DNA of 64,000 nucleotides from Verrucomicrobiota bacterium (GCA_033762115.1 JANRLX010000019.1:1-64000); one strand, 5' to 3'; shown: positions 11,116 through 22,141, numbered from the stretch's first letter. A program made the numbers and translations. Notes: a model not told the origin generated them from the letters alone.

Positions 11116-12906
11116 TCAGATATATTCCTGCACAGTCTTGACGCTGTAACCACTTTTCCTGAGTGCAGCGATCCCGAGGGCCGCTGCGCGCGCGCCGCTC
11201 AGCGTCGTCATGATCGGGGTATTGGTATAAACAGCGGTGGTGCGGATCTTGATTTCATCCGCGCGCGGGGTCTGACCCGAAGGGGTGTTGATGACAAGCT
11301 GGATTTCGCGATTTTTAAGGAGATCGATACTGTTGGGGCGACCTTCAGAAATTTTGAACACGCGCGCTACTTTAAGACCGGCTTTTTCCAGGACATTTGC
11401 GGTGCCATTGGTGGAAACAATTTCGAACCCGAGATCAGCATAAAGTTTTGCCACCTCGGCGACGTGCTTTTTGTGAGCTTCGCTGACACTGATGAAAACA
11501 CGGCCTTTCATTGGCAGCGAAGCATTAGCGGCCATTTGTGATTTTGCGTAAGCGATGCCCAGATCTGCATCGAGCCCCATGACTTCACCAGTGGAACGCA
11601 TTTCGGGGGAGAGGAGAATGTCCTGCCCATGGAAGCGGTTGAAGGGAAAAACAGATTCTTTCACGGCCCAATACTCGGGCCATACCTCCTGGGTAAATCC
11701 AAGTTGTTTGAGGGTCATGCCCGCCATGACTTTGGCAGCGACCTTTGCAAGTGGAACGCCGATGGCCTTGCTGACAAATGGAACGGTGCGTGAAGCGCGC
11801 GGATTGACTTCAAGAACGTAGACGACTTCATCCTTGACCGCGTACTGCACGTTCATCAACCCAATGACTTTCAATTCCCTGGCCATCGCATGGGTGTATT
11901 CCCGGATCGTGCGGATGACGTTGTCGGTCAAGGTATGCGGGGGTAGAACCATGGCAGCATCCCCGGAATGGACCCCGGCAAATTCGATATGCTCGAGAAT
12001 CCCGCCAATGACAATCGTCCCTTCGGCGGGATTGCTGAACTGGCCCACGTCGGTAATGCAATCCACATCCACCTCAGTCGCATCCTCCAGGAATTTATCC
12101 ACCAGCACAGGGCGTTCAGGAGAGGCTTCGACAGCAAAACGCATGTAGTGGGAAAGCTCCGAGTCAGAATAAACAATCTGCATCGCACGACCGCCAAGAA
12201 CAAATGAGGGGCGAACCAGGACGGGATAACCAAGACGCCTGCTGGCAGTGAGGGCTTCCGCTTCATTGGTTGCCAGTCCGTTGGGAGGTTGGGGAATGTT
12301 CAGCTTGTTGAGCATCGCCGCGAAAAGCTTTCGATCCTCCGCGACCTCGATGCTTTGAGGGGAGGTACCGATAATGTTGACACCGTTTTTCTGAAGTGCG
12401 AGGGCGAGATTCAACGGGGTTTGGCCACCGAACTGGGCGATGGCCCCCCAGCATTGCTCCCGTTCATAAATGTGGAGTACATCCTCAAGCGTGAGCGGTT
12501 CGAAATAAAGCTTGTCGCTGGTGTCATAATCGGTGGAGACAGTCTCCGGGTTGGAGTTCACCATCAACGTTTCGTACCCCTCCTCTTTCAAGGCAAAGGC
12601 TGCATGGACGCAGCAGTAATCAAATTCGATTCCCTGGCCGATGCGGTTGGGACCACCGCCGAGGATCATGACCTTTTTTTTGTCCGTCTTTTTTCCTTCA
12701 TCATCCCCCCGATCGTAGGTGGAATAAAAGTAGGGGGTGTAAGCCTCGAATTCAGCAGCGCAGGTATCCACGAGACGATAACTGGGGACCAGCCCCAGTT
12801 TTTTCCGCTCAGCACGGACGGCATCTTCTGTTCGACCGGTCAAATGCGCGATCTGGCGGTCGGAAAATCCGTAGGATTTGGCTTTGGCTAACAACTCCGC
12901 ATTCAT
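11116..12906 (-). CDS. carB: Carbamoyl-phosphate synthase large subunit, C-terminal half only (second ATP-grasp + MGS domain)
   Basis: [46 protein letters not shown] domain; 596 aa, starting within the oligomerisation domain. Confidence 0.93.
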   Translation of the reverse strand: MNAELLAKAKSYGFSDRQIAHLTGRTEDAVRAERKKLGLVPSYRLVDTCAAEFEAYTPYFYSTYDRGDDEGKKTDKKKVMILGGGPNRIGQGIEFDYCCVHAAFALKEEGYETLMVNSNPETVSTDYDTSDKLYFEPLTLEDVLHIYEREQCWGAIAQFGGQTPLNLALALQKNGVNIIGTSPQSIEVAEDRKLFAAMLNKLNIPQPPNGLATNEAEALTASRRLGYPVLVRPSFVLGGRAMQIVYSDSELSHYMRFAVEASPERPVLVDKFLEDATEVDVDCITDVGQFSNPAEGTIVIGGILEHIEFAGVHSGDAAMVLPPHTLTDNVIRTIREYTHAMARELKVIGLMNVQYAVKDEVVYVLEVNPRASRTVPFVSKAIGVPLAKVAAKVMAGMTLKQLGFTQEVWPEYWAVKESVFPFNRFHGQDILLSPEMRSTGEVMGLDADLGIAYAKSQMAANASLPMKGRVFISVSEAHKKHVAEVAKLYADLGFEIVSTNGTANVLEKAGLKVARVFKISEGRPNSIDLLKNREIQLVINTPSGQTPRADEIKIRTTAVYTNTPIMTTLSGARAAALGIAALRKSGYSVKTVQEYI

Positions 12907-13017
12907 CGGATGGGAAATTAACAGCCCGCCGGGAAGTTCAAAGGGTAAAATGAAATGGAGGATTTCCGGTTGAAGTTCAGGGTTGCAAGCGGGCGATTTT
13001 TTGCGTGGAGTGGGGAG

Positions 13018-14031
13018 ATGAAATCACGCCTGCTTTGTTGCCTTGCCATCCTGTTTTTTGCCGCCCGAACAACATTGGCACATTCTGCAGCAGAGGAGAT
13101 GGCGGAATCCGCCAATCATTTTCTGGCAGCATTAACCACTGAGCAGAGGGAGAAGGCGGTCTTCCCGCTGGCCTCTGATGAACGGTTGAACTGGCATTTC
13201 ATTCCGAAGGAGCGGAAAGGTCTTTCGTTTGCGGAAATGAATCCCGCGCAATCGAGCCTCGGTTACGCGATGCTGAGTTCGGCCATGAGTCATCGCGGTT
13301 TCATGAAAGCCACAGCAATCATGAGCCTTGAGCAAATCCTGTTCGAGATCGAACAGAATCGCGGCCCAAAGCGGGACGCGGAACGCTATTTCATCAGCAT
13401 CTTTGGAACACCAGGTGAAAAAAACTGGGGCTGGCGATTCGAGGGGCATCATTTGTCACTGAATTTCACCATTGTGAATGGCGAGGCGGTGGCCTCGACC
13501 CCTTCATTCATGGGATCCAACCCCGGTGAGGTGCGCTCCGGTCCGCGCAAAGGATTGCGGGTACTGGGAAATGAGGAGGAACTCGCACGAAAGCTGGTGA
13601 AATCACTTTCAGAAAAGCAGCTGAAAGTGGCCTTGTTCACGAACACAGCCCCGGCAGATATCATTACCGCCGCCGATCGAAAAGCGCGGCCGTTGGAGCC
13701 CAAAGGGATTGCGTTAAAGGCATTGAATAAAGAGCAAAAAACCCTTTTTTGGGCAACCCTCGAGGAGTATGTCCGGCGGACACGGGCAGAGATTGCTGAC
13801 GAGGATCTGGCGACGATTCGGAAAGCGGGAGCAGACCAGTTGTTTTTCGGATGGGCTGGATCGACTGAACCGGGACAGCCACATTATTATCGTATCCAGG
13901 GCCCCACTTTCCTGCTCGAGTATGACAACACCCAAAATGATGCGAATCATGTCCATGCGGTTTACCGGGATTTGAAAAATGACTTTGGTCTGGATTTGTT
14001 GGGAGAACATTACAAAACCTCGCATCAATAA
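13018..14031 (+). CDS. DUF3500 family secreted protein
   Basis: Signal peptide from MKSRLL; '[13 protein letters not shown]', '[25 protein letters not shown]'. Confidence 0.85.
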   Translation: MKSRLLCCLAILFFAARTTLAHSAAEEMAESANHFLAALTTEQREKAVFPLASDERLNWHFIPKERKGLSFAEMNPAQSSLGYAMLSSAMSHRGFMKATAIMSLEQILFEIEQNRGPKRDAERYFISIFGTPGEKNWGWRFEGHHLSLNFTIVNGEAVASTPSFMGSNPGEVRSGPRKGLRVLGNEEELARKLVKSLSEKQLKVALFTNTAPADIITAADRKARPLEPKGIALKALNKEQKTLFWATLEEYVRRTRAEIADEDLATIRKAGADQLFFGWAGSTEPGQPHYYRIQGPTFLLEYDNTQNDANHVHAVYRDLKNDFGLDLLGEHYKTSHQ

Positions 14032-14040
14032 CAGTCCGGA

Positions 14041-15195
14041 ATGTCGTCGCAGGAAAGGTTCCAGGCAGGCAGCCGCATCACGCTCAAGATTCATGACCTC
14101 GCTTTTGGCGGGGAGGGAGTTGGACGTTTTGGGGAGTTCGTTGTTTTTGTTCCATTCACCGCCCCTGGAGATGAAGCGGAGATCGAGCTGACAGAGGTAA
14201 AAAAGCGATTTGCCCGTGGCAAAGTTTTGCAACTGATCCATCCGGCGGCAAGTCGTGTCGAGCCGCTCTGCCCCTATTTTGGAGATTGTGGCGGGTGCCA
14301 GTACCAGCACATCGCTTATCCTGTTCAATTGGAGTTTAAACAGAAACAGATCCAGGATCTGTTTGATAGGGTGGGAGGTTTCAATGGCAGTGTCAGCGTT
14401 GCGCCGGTGACCCCCTGCCCTATGGAGTACCATTATCGCAACCGGATCATGATCCGGAGCCAGTGGGACAAGTTCAAACAGGGTTTGAACATTGGGTTTA
14501 TCAAAGCTGACAATCGATTGGTCTGCGATATTGAGGAGTGCAAAATTTCAGACCCGCTGTTGAATGAGCAAATCCAGCAGGTCCGGAAAAATCCTCCACC
14601 CAAAGGTGGGATCAAAATTGTTTTGCGCGTAACTGATCCTGCCTGGGAAATCCCCCGCGATTCTTTTTTTCAAAATAATTTTCATCTGCTGCCGGCATTG
14701 GTGGAGGGAGTGAGGAGTTGCGTTCGATCCAGCCAGGTTCGTTATCTGGTGGATGTGTATTGTGGGGTGGGATTTTTTGCACTGGAGCTGGCTTCGCTGG
14801 TGGAACGGTTTGTGGGGGTGGAACTGGATGCGCTGGCCATTCGCGCCGCACGAAAAAATCAGGAAAATCGTGGAATCACGAATGGAGAATTTCTGGATGG
14901 ACGCGCTGAGTTGCTGCTGCCGGAGTTGCTACAGCGTTTTCCCGCCCGGGAAACTGTGGTGGTGCTTGATCCCCCAAGGACTGGCTGTCCGCCTGAAAGC
15001 ATTGAACAACTTCGCCAGGTGAGACCTGCGCAGATTATTTATATTTCCTGTCATCCTGCGACGCTGGCTCGGGACCTGGCGCTGTTATGCGCCGACGCGG
15101 TTTACCAGTTACAACAGGTGCAGCCATTTGATATGTTTCCGCAAACGCAGCATGTGGAGTGCGTTGCTGACCTGAGGTTGATACGGAAGGATTAA
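14041..15195 (+). CDS. TRAM-domain RNA (uracil-5-)-methyltransferase, RlmD/TrmA family
   Basis: TRAM N-terminus; CPYFGDCGGC Fe-S motif; DVYCGVG; DPPRTG; YISC; DMFPQTQHVE. Confidence 0.92.
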   Translation: MSSQERFQAGSRITLKIHDLAFGGEGVGRFGEFVVFVPFTAPGDEAEIELTEVKKRFARGKVLQLIHPAASRVEPLCPYFGDCGGCQYQHIAYPVQLEFKQKQIQDLFDRVGGFNGSVSVAPVTPCPMEYHYRNRIMIRSQWDKFKQGLNIGFIKADNRLVCDIEECKISDPLLNEQIQQVRKNPPPKGGIKIVLRVTDPAWEIPRDSFFQNNFHLLPALVEGVRSCVRSSQVRYLVDVYCGVGFFALELASLVERFVGVELDALAIRAARKNQENRGITNGEFLDGRAELLLPELLQRFPARETVVVLDPPRTGCPPESIEQLRQVRPAQIIYISCHPATLARDLALLCADAVYQLQQVQPFDMFPQTQHVECVADLRLIRKD

Positions 15196-15536
15196 CCGGG
15201 CGGCCAGGCCAGGGATCGGCCGCCCAGGATGTGGCAATGCAGATGGGGAACCGTTTCGCCAGCATCCCGCCCGTTATTGATGACCAACCGATAGCCGCTT
15301 TCGGCGAGGCCTGCTTTCCTGGCAATCTCCGCTGCCTTGAGGAAGAGATGCCCAAGAAGTTCCCGGTCTGAAAGCGCAGCTTCGCCGATTCGCGGAATGA
15401 CCTGTTTGGGAATTATCAGGATGTGGACCGGGGCAACGGGCTTGATATCATGAAAGGCAAACACCAGTTCATCCTCATAAACAATTTGAGCGGGGATTTC
15501 CCGGGCAATCAACCGTTCAAAAAGAGTTTTGCTCAT
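15192..15536 (-). CDS. Histidine triad (HIT/HINT) nucleotide-binding protein
   Basis: HLHCHILGG triad; 'DIKPVAPVHILIIPK'. Confidence 0.93.
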   Translation of the reverse strand: MSKTLFERLIAREIPAQIVYEDELVFAFHDIKPVAPVHILIIPKQVIPRIGEAALSDRELLGHLFLKAAEIARKAGLAESGYRLVINNGRDAGETVPHLHCHILGGRSLAWPPG

Positions 15537-15548
15537 TGTCCCCCTTTG

Positions 15549-16109
15549 TCACAAAACCAAAAGGCCGCATTCCTGAGTGGTGGCTTCCGCTGTAAAGCAT
15601 TCACGAAGATACTCCACAATTTGATCGTTTAAAGTCTGACAGCGATCATTCCAGCGTTGAGCGCCGATCAGTTGTTTGACGCAGCTGCGAAGCCCCTCGA
15701 AACGAACAATGCGGGGAGATTGGGAAAGTTGCAGCTTCACCTCTGCGCGCAATCTGGGAAAGAACAGGAGTTCAAAGGCCTTGTCGCAGGAGGTGGCAAG
15801 GGTACGCAGGTCAGAACGGGCGATCCGTTGTTCCTGGCCGGGATTATCTTCGGTGGAGATCACTTCAAACCCCAAGTGGTTTAACACTTTTTCAAGCGCC
15901 TGGGCGAATTCCTGAACGGAGACGGAATCCCGCTTGAGTTCGGTTTTGAAATAGTGGACGACAGCGGCGGCGGCTTCGCGCACCAGATGGGGATCAATGA
16001 ACTGTGCGGCGTCTCCCATCAATTCAATGGTGACCTGCTCCGCGGAACAGGGCAGCTGTTCTCCTTTAGAAGTTTGAAAGATCAGACAGTCGGGATGCAA
16101 TTGGATCAT
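15549..16109 (-). CDS. Hypothetical protein, translationally coupled to nrdR
   Basis: 186-aa ORF whose start overlaps the nrdR stop; 12 nt upstream of the HIT gene. Confidence 0.7.
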   Translation of the reverse strand: MIQLHPDCLIFQTSKGEQLPCSAEQVTIELMGDAAQFIDPHLVREAAAAVVHYFKTELKRDSVSVQEFAQALEKVLNHLGFEVISTEDNPGQEQRIARSDLRTLATSCDKAFELLFFPRLRAEVKLQLSQSPRIVRFEGLRSCVKQLIGAQRWNDRCQTLNDQIVEYLRECFTAEATTQECGLLVL

Positions 16110-16561
16110 TGTGGTTCCTCCAGTTTTTTGACTTCCTGAACAAATTGTGTGGGTTCTTCGAAACGGCGGTAGACACTGGCAAATCGGACATAAGCAATCT
16201 GGTCCAGCGAGCGGAGCCCTTCCATGACCCGCTCTCCAATCGCCATCGAGGGGACTTCCCGGTCGTAACGGTCCTCAATTTCCTGGATAATGCGGTCCAC
16301 CATATCGTCAATATCCTTCGGAGTGACGGGACGTTTCTGGCAGGCGATACGGATGCTGGCGTGAAGTTTTTCTCGGGAAAAGGGTTCGCGTCGATCATCG
16401 CGCTTGGCCACGGTCATGGCCTCATGCTCGATTTCCTCGTAGGTGGTATAGCGGTGGCTGCAACCGAGACATTCACGGCGTCGGCGAATGGTTGCTCCTT
16501 CTCGGGAAGTGCGGGAATCGATGACCTTATCTTCCTGGCAACCGCATTTACTGCAACGCAT
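16106..16561 (-). CDS. nrdR: Transcriptional repressor NrdR
   Basis: MRCSKCG...VIDSR...RRRRECLGC...TTYE zinc ribbon; ATP-cone; AYVRFASVY. Confidence 0.96.
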   Translation of the reverse strand: MRCSKCGCQEDKVIDSRTSREGATIRRRRECLGCSHRYTTYEEIEHEAMTVAKRDDRREPFSREKLHASIRIACQKRPVTPKDIDDMVDRIIQEIEDRYDREVPSMAIGERVMEGLRSLDQIAYVRFASVYRRFEEPTQFVQEVKKLEEPQ

Positions 16562-16697
16562 AATGTTGGGTTTGAACCCACTCTGCTGTGGCAAGAGTTA
16601 TGTAGCATACAACTAATTGTGGTGTCAATGAATTTTCGAAAAGTGCACTCATTTTGTCCCGCTGGACAGCAGAGCGTAAGGAACTTACGTTTTTTCG

Positions 16698-17065
16698 ATG
16701 AAAAGTGTCGCTGTCGTGGGGGCGTCGAATGCCGTAATAAATTCGGAAACAAAGCCTTTCGAGGGTTCTTGCAGAAAGGTTATAAAGCCTTCCCGGTTCA
16801 CCCGATTGAAACGGAAGTTGAAGGGCATCCCGCATTCAGGTCGATCAGAGAATTGCCGGAGCGCCCGGATATCGTCACGATTTATGTAGCGCCGCCGGTG
16901 TTGTTGAAGTTGTTACCGGAAATTGCGGAAAAAGGGTGCGATGAATTGTGGCTGAACCCAGGCACGGTGACCCAGGAAGTTTTGTCAAAAGCAACTGAAC
17001 TGGGGCTTAAACCGGTGCAATTGTGCAGTATCATTGCAATTGGCCTTTCTCCTTCCAGTTTGTAG
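16698..17065 (+). pseudogene. CoA-binding (YccU-like) protein interrupted by a 1-nt deletion
   Basis: MKSVAVVGASN in one frame continues as RNKFGNKAF...WLNPG in another; junction 'aat gc cgt aat' at 16731-16732. Confidence 0.8.
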
Positions 17066-17135
17066 GCAATGTAACCATCAGGTCACGATTGAGGGGGCGG
17101 GTTGCCAATCTGCAACTCTCAGGGATAATCGCGGC

Positions 17136-18191
17136 ATGGAAGTTGTGCCAGTCGATAAAATGGTAATGACGGAGAAGCCACCGATTGATCCTGAACTGAA
17201 GAGGCGGATTCAGGATTTAATCAATTACAAAGGTGGAGGTTATAACCCGGACCTTGTCGAAGACATCATCATTAATGCTTTGAAGATGCTGCATGATGTG
17301 CAGCATCGAGGTGACGTTCGGGTCATTCAAACTGCGGTGCGGGAATTGCGTTACGCCTTCAAGCTTTTTGCTCCTTACATCGAGAAGAGAAAGGTGACGA
17401 TTTTTGGCAGCGCACGAACCATGCCCACGCGAGTGGAATATCAGCAATGCGTGGAGTTTGCCCGAAAAATTTCAGAAGCAGGCTACATGGTGATCACGGG
17501 GGCAGGGCCGGGAATCATGCAGGCGGGACATGAAGGAGCGGGTTCCGAAATGAGTTTCGGCGCGAACATCCGCCTTCCATGGGAGCAGTCAGCCAATGCG
17601 GTGATGATCAAGGACAAGAAACTGATCACGTTCAAATATTTCTTTACCCGCAAACTGACGTTTATTCGCCATTCAGATGCGATTGTGCTCTTTCCTGGAG
17701 GATTCGGAACGATGGATGAAGGGTATGAAGCGCTGACATTGATGCAGACTGGCAAAGCCCAGTTGATGCCGCTGGTGTTGATGGATCGGCCCGGAGGGAC
17801 TTACTGGAAAACCTGGGACAAGAATGTCAAAGAGCATCTGTTGCGAAACCAATTGATTTCCCCGGACGATCTGAATCTGTATCAGTTTACGGACAGCGCA
17901 GAACAGGCGGTGAAATGGATCACCCGTTTTTATCGGAATTTCCATTCATTCCGCTGGGTGAAGGAAATCCTTGTGATTCGACTGAAATATGCGCCATCGG
18001 AATCGGCGATTGAAGGTTTGAACGAGGATTTTGCAGACATTATCTCGGGGGAAAAAATTCATCAGATAGAGCCCACGAAAGAGGAGATTGAAGATCATGA
18101 TTTTGTGGCTTTGCCCCGTATCGCTTTTGGGTTTGACCGAAGGCATTATGGGCGGTTGCGTCAACTGATCGATGTGCTGAACTCGTTCTGA
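17136..18191 (+). CDS. LOG family (PpnN/YgdH-like) nucleotide phosphoribohydrolase
   Basis: VTIFGSAR, ITGAGPGIM, FKYFFTRK, PGGFGTMDE. Confidence 0.9.
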   Translation: MEVVPVDKMVMTEKPPIDPELKRRIQDLINYKGGGYNPDLVEDIIINALKMLHDVQHRGDVRVIQTAVRELRYAFKLFAPYIEKRKVTIFGSARTMPTRVEYQQCVEFARKISEAGYMVITGAGPGIMQAGHEGAGSEMSFGANIRLPWEQSANAVMIKDKKLITFKYFFTRKLTFIRHSDAIVLFPGGFGTMDEGYEALTLMQTGKAQLMPLVLMDRPGGTYWKTWDKNVKEHLLRNQLISPDDLNLYQFTDSAEQAVKWITRFYRNFHSFRWVKEILVIRLKYAPSESAIEGLNEDFADIISGEKIHQIEPTKEEIEDHDFVALPRIAFGFDRRHYGRLRQLIDVLNSF

Positions 18192-18392
18192 ATTCAATCA
18201 GTGAAGCAATAGCCCAATGGATCCAGAGAAGATGTCAGCGGAGGAAATTGAGGAGGCGAACCGGATCATTCGTTCGCTGGAAGCGCCGGAGCCATGGACA
18301 GCGTGTCCGATCTTTCAGGCAGCTTGATGAGACGGCTTGCAGCCCGCGCGTTTTGATTGTTCGACGAAAAGAGAGCGATGTAGAGTGGGCGG

Positions 18393-19175
18393 ATGTTGGC
18401 GAAACGAGTCATACCATGCCTGGATGTGCATGATGGTCAGGTCACGCGCGGGGTGCAGTTCGGCAAAGCGGAAGCGGGAGAATTGCGGAATGTGGGGGAC
18501 CCGGTGGAACTGGCCTTGCGTTATAATGAGCAGGGGGCGGATGAGATGGTGTTTTTTGACATTACTGCCAGCGCTCATGGACGCCACACAATGATCGATG
18601 TGATTGAGCGGGTTGCCGAGCGTTGTTTCATGCCACTGACAGTTGGAGGAGGAATCCGGACAGTGGAAGACATGGGCGCGCTATTGAAGGCGGGAGCGGA
18701 CAAAACGAGCATCAATTCTTCGGCGCTGGATAATCCGGATTTGATCCGGCAGGGTGCGGAGAAATTCGGAAGTCAATGCATCGTTGTTTCGATTGACGCA
18801 CGGAAAACCGGGCCTGACCGGTGGGAGGTTTTTTCGCATGGAGGACGAAAAGCGACCGGTCTGGACGCGCTTGAATGGGCGGAAAAGGCAGTCCGGCTGG
18901 GGGCGGGAGAGATCGTGCTCAACAGCATTGATGCGGATGGAACAAAGAAAGGTTTCGACCTGGTGATCACGCGCCGTGTGAGTGAAACGGTAAATGTGCC
19001 GGTGGTGGCCAGCGGGGGGGCGGGAAATGTGGAGCACATGGCGGAGGTGTTGCTGGCGGGAAAAGCGGATGCTGTGCTGGCGGCGAGTATTTTCCATTTC
19101 GGTGAGGTGACAGTGGCGGATGTGAAAGGGCATCTTGCCTCGAAAGGGATTGCTGTCCGTTTAATTCAGGATTGA
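18393..19175 (+). CDS. hisF: Imidazole glycerol phosphate synthase cyclase subunit
   Basis: [39 protein letters not shown]. Confidence 0.97.
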   Translation: MLAKRVIPCLDVHDGQVTRGVQFGKAEAGELRNVGDPVELALRYNEQGADEMVFFDITASAHGRHTMIDVIERVAERCFMPLTVGGGIRTVEDMGALLKAGADKTSINSSALDNPDLIRQGAEKFGSQCIVVSIDARKTGPDRWEVFSHGGRKATGLDALEWAEKAVRLGAGEIVLNSIDADGTKKGFDLVITRRVSETVNVPVVASGGAGNVEHMAEVLLAGKADAVLAASIFHFGEVTVADVKGHLASKGIAVRLIQD

Positions 19176-19522
19176 TGATGAAAAACTGGTTACTACCCAT
19201 TTTGCTTCTGGTGCTTTCGAACATTTTCATGACGTTTGCCTGGTACGGACATTTGAAGCACAAAAATTCACCGCTCTGGATGGCTATTTTGGCGAGTTGG
19301 GGAATCGCCTTTTTTGAGTATCTATTGATGGTTCCGGCGAACCGCTGGGGAAGCGCGACTTATTCGACAGCGGAACTGAAAATCATCCAGGAGGTGGTGA
19401 CGCTGGGGGTGTTCGGCGGTTTTCTGCTGTTTTATATGGGTGAAAAACTGCGATGGAACCACTTCGCCGCGTTTTGTTGCATTTTGGCAGCAGTCGCTTT
19501 TACATTTCTGCCGCGGCGGTAA
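19175..19522 (+). CDS. DMT family small membrane protein
   Basis: 'SNIFMTFAWYGHLK', 'SWGIAFFEY', 'LKIIQEVVTL'. Confidence 0.85.
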   Translation: MMKNWLLPILLLVLSNIFMTFAWYGHLKHKNSPLWMAILASWGIAFFEYLLMVPANRWGSATYSTAELKIIQEVVTLGVFGGFLLFYMGEKLRWNHFAAFCCILAAVAFTFLPRR

Positions 19523-19537
19523 CCCAGCCCAAATTGC

Positions 19538-19927
19538 ATGAGTTTTATCGATTCTTTAAAGTTCAATTCGGACGGCTTGATCCCGGCAATTGTGCAGGAG
19601 CAGTCGAGTGGCCGTGTGTTGATGATGGCCTGGATGAACCGGGCGAGCCTGGAAAAAACTGTGGAGACCGGGAAGACGGTATTCTGGAGCCGTTCACGGC
19701 AGAAGTTCTGGATCAAAGGCGAAACAAGCGGCCACTTCCAGATTGTGAAAGACCTGGCGTTCGATTGTGATGGAGACACCCTGCTGGTCCAGGTGGAGCA
19801 GACTGGCGCAGCCTGTCATGAGGGGTACAAATCCTGTTTTTTCCGGTCAGTGACTGAAGCGGGCAAAACGGTGCGGGTGACCGAGCCACGGTTGGCGAAT
19901 CCCGACGACGTTTACAAAAAGAGCTGA
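19538..19927 (+). CDS. hisI: Phosphoribosyl-AMP cyclohydrolase
   Basis: [29 protein letters not shown]. Confidence 0.96.
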   Translation: MSFIDSLKFNSDGLIPAIVQEQSSGRVLMMAWMNRASLEKTVETGKTVFWSRSRQKFWIKGETSGHFQIVKDLAFDCDGDTLLVQVEQTGAACHEGYKSCFFRSVTEAGKTVRVTEPRLANPDDVYKKS

Positions 19928-20445
19928 TGGAAGAGCTCGTCCCATTTGGGAGCTTCACCTATTTTCTCATGCTTGGAATGCTGCTGTTTTCGCGCAGCAT
20001 GGATTTTATCAGCACCTGGATCGCCACACCAAATCTTGTGCTGGAGGCAAACCCATTGGCCAAACGGTTGGGATGGAAATGGGGGATTCTGCTCAACCTG
20101 CTTTTTTGCGGGGCGGTGCCGGTCTGGCCGTTGCCCGCAATCATGATTGCCACGACCTCTCTGCTGGTCGCGGCGCGAAATTTTCAATCCGCCTGGCTGA
20201 TGCGAAGCATGGGAGAGCAGGCGTATCGAGCCTGGATGGCGCAGCAATTATCACAAATATCAAGGAACCTGTTTTTGACCTGCCTGTTTGCGCAAACGGC
20301 CCTTTACGGCCTGATCGGGGTGGCGTTGCTCTATTTCAGCCACATGCACCTGGTGCCATTTGCGGTGGGGATGGGAATGATTACTTATGCTGTGGCGGTG
20401 ACTCTTTACACACTGCTTTCAGTGTGGCGGATTGGGCGGTTGTAG
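19927..20445 (+). CDS. Hypothetical integral membrane protein
   Basis: About 5 hydrophobic segments, 'LEANPL' motif; start overlaps the hisI stop. Confidence 0.7.
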   Translation: MEELVPFGSFTYFLMLGMLLFSRSMDFISTWIATPNLVLEANPLAKRLGWKWGILLNLLFCGAVPVWPLPAIMIATTSLLVAARNFQSAWLMRSMGEQAYRAWMAQQLSQISRNLFLTCLFAQTALYGLIGVALLYFSHMHLVPFAVGMGMITYAVAVTLYTLLSVWRIGRL

Positions 20446-20536
20446 AACCTCCGGGAGTTTACAAGGAGGGTCGGCAGGTTTGGGCAAATGCCAAATCCCT
20501 TGCAAGGCGGGCTGGCGACAATTATGAGATGTGTCT

Positions 20537-22060
20537 ATGTGCACGCCGACATTGGAAGAATTCCTGGAATTGAGCAAAAAGGGGAACCTGATTCCTGTGA
20601 CGAGGCGGTTGCTGGCGGATTTTGAAACGCCTGTCTCAGCATATTCCAAGATTCGAGGCCAGGGCGAATCGTTCTTGTTTGAATCGGTGGAAGGGGGGGA
20701 GCATCTGGGGCGTTATTCGTTTGTGGGATGCAATCCACGAGGAATTATTCGGCAAACGGAAGGGGTGGTGGAATATCTTGAGAACGGAAAAGTAGTCGAG
20801 AGTTACCCAATCCGGCCAGGGAGTGGGCAGGGTGAAAGCTCATTGGGTGATGGGTTGTTCCTGGTGGAAAAAATGTTGAGCCGTTACAAGCCGGTGGTGG
20901 TTCCAGGATTGCCCAGATTTACCGGTGGTGCGGTGGGGTTCATCGGTTATGAATTTATTCATGATGTGGAACCGGTGGTGCCACGCCCGGAGCGAAATGA
21001 TCTCGAGACGCCAACGCTTTATTTCCTGCTCGCGGATGAGTTGCTGATTTTTGACCGGGTGGCACAAACGTTGACCGTGCTGGTGAATGCGATTGTGGAG
21101 GATGGGGTTCAACCGGCGGAAGCTTATGAGAATGCAGTTTCGGAAATCGAGCGGTTGATCTCGTTGCTGGAGCAGCCGCTGGAGCATAAGCCAATGACGG
21201 TCCCGGTTGAGCCGCCACATTGTCCTTTTGAATCGAACATCAGCAAGGAGGAGTTTCTCGCGAACGTGCAGCGCTCGAAGAAGTACATTACGAGCGGGGA
21301 CATCATCCAGGTGGTGGGATCGCAACGGTTTTCAACAGAGGTGAAGGCAGCGCCGTTGGATATTTATCGGGCAGCGCGTTCGATCAATCCTTCACCATAT
21401 ATGTTTCTGCTGGAGTTGGAGGGGTTTTCATTGGTGGGAGCTTCGCCGGAAATCCATGTGCGTTGCGAGGAGAGGAAAGTGGAAATACGCCCAATCGCGG
21501 GGACACGGCCGCGTGGAAAAAGTGAGGAGGAGGATTTGCGGAATGAGAAGGAGTTGCTGGCCGACCCGAAGGAACGGGCGGAGCATGTGATGCTGGTGGA
21601 TTTGGCGAGGAATGACCTGGGGCGCGTGTGTGACTTTGGTTCGGTGCATGTCAAAGACCTGATGACCATTGAGCGTTACAGCCATGTAATGCATATTGTT
21701 TCACAGGTGGAAGGGAAACTTTCGCGGGAGCGAACCCCTTATGATTTGATGCGGGCAACCTTCCCTGCGGGAACGTTGTCCGGCGCGCCAAAAATCAGGG
21801 CCATGCAGATTATTGCAGAACTGGAGCAGAGCCAGCGTGGGCCTTACGGCGGGTGCGTGGGATATTTTTCATTCAACGGGAACCTGGATTGCTGCATTAC
21901 CATCCGCACGGCGTTGTTAAAGGATGGAAAGGCTTATGTGCAAAGTGGCGGCGGCTGGGTGAATGATTCGGAGCCTGAAGCCGAGTTCCAGGAAACAGTA
22001 AACAAATCGAAAGCGATGTTGAAGGCAGTGGCGATGGCGGAAAGTTTTATGCGCGAATAG
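20537..22060 (+). CDS. trpE: Anthranilate synthase component I
   Basis: FLFESVEGG..GRYSF, NPSPYM, PIAGTRPRG, EHVMLVDLARND, GAPKIRAM. Confidence 0.95.
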   Translation: MCTPTLEEFLELSKKGNLIPVTRRLLADFETPVSAYSKIRGQGESFLFESVEGGEHLGRYSFVGCNPRGIIRQTEGVVEYLENGKVVESYPIRPGSGQGESSLGDGLFLVEKMLSRYKPVVVPGLPRFTGGAVGFIGYEFIHDVEPVVPRPERNDLETPTLYFLLADELLIFDRVAQTLTVLVNAIVEDGVQPAEAYENAVSEIERLISLLEQPLEHKPMTVPVEPPHCPFESNISKEEFLANVQRSKKYITSGDIIQVVGSQRFSTEVKAAPLDIYRAARSINPSPYMFLLELEGFSLVGASPEIHVRCEERKVEIRPIAGTRPRGKSEEEDLRNEKELLADPKERAEHVMLVDLARNDLGRVCDFGSVHVKDLMTIERYSHVMHIVSQVEGKLSRERTPYDLMRATFPAGTLSGAPKIRAMQIIAELEQSQRGPYGGCVGYFSFNGNLDCCITIRTALLKDGKAYVQSGGGWVNDSEPEAEFQETVNKSKAMLKAVAMAESFMRE

Positions 22061-22080
22061 AGAAGTAATTTAACAGGAGA

Positions 22081-22114
22081 AAAACAAAAGCGGCCTTTCG
22101 GCCGCTTTTGTTTT
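22081..22114. terminator. Bidirectional terminator between trpE and flagellin
   Basis: aaaacaaaagcggc-ctttcg-gccgcttttgtttt inverted repeat with A/T tails. Confidence 0.9.
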
Positions 22115-22141
22115 GATGCGAAACAACCATTAACCTCTGAA

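Noticed and set aside
16109..17065. 318-aa + strand ORF as one real gene
   Set aside because: The first two-thirds is antisense to nrdR; only the end is the frameshifted CoA-binding protein.
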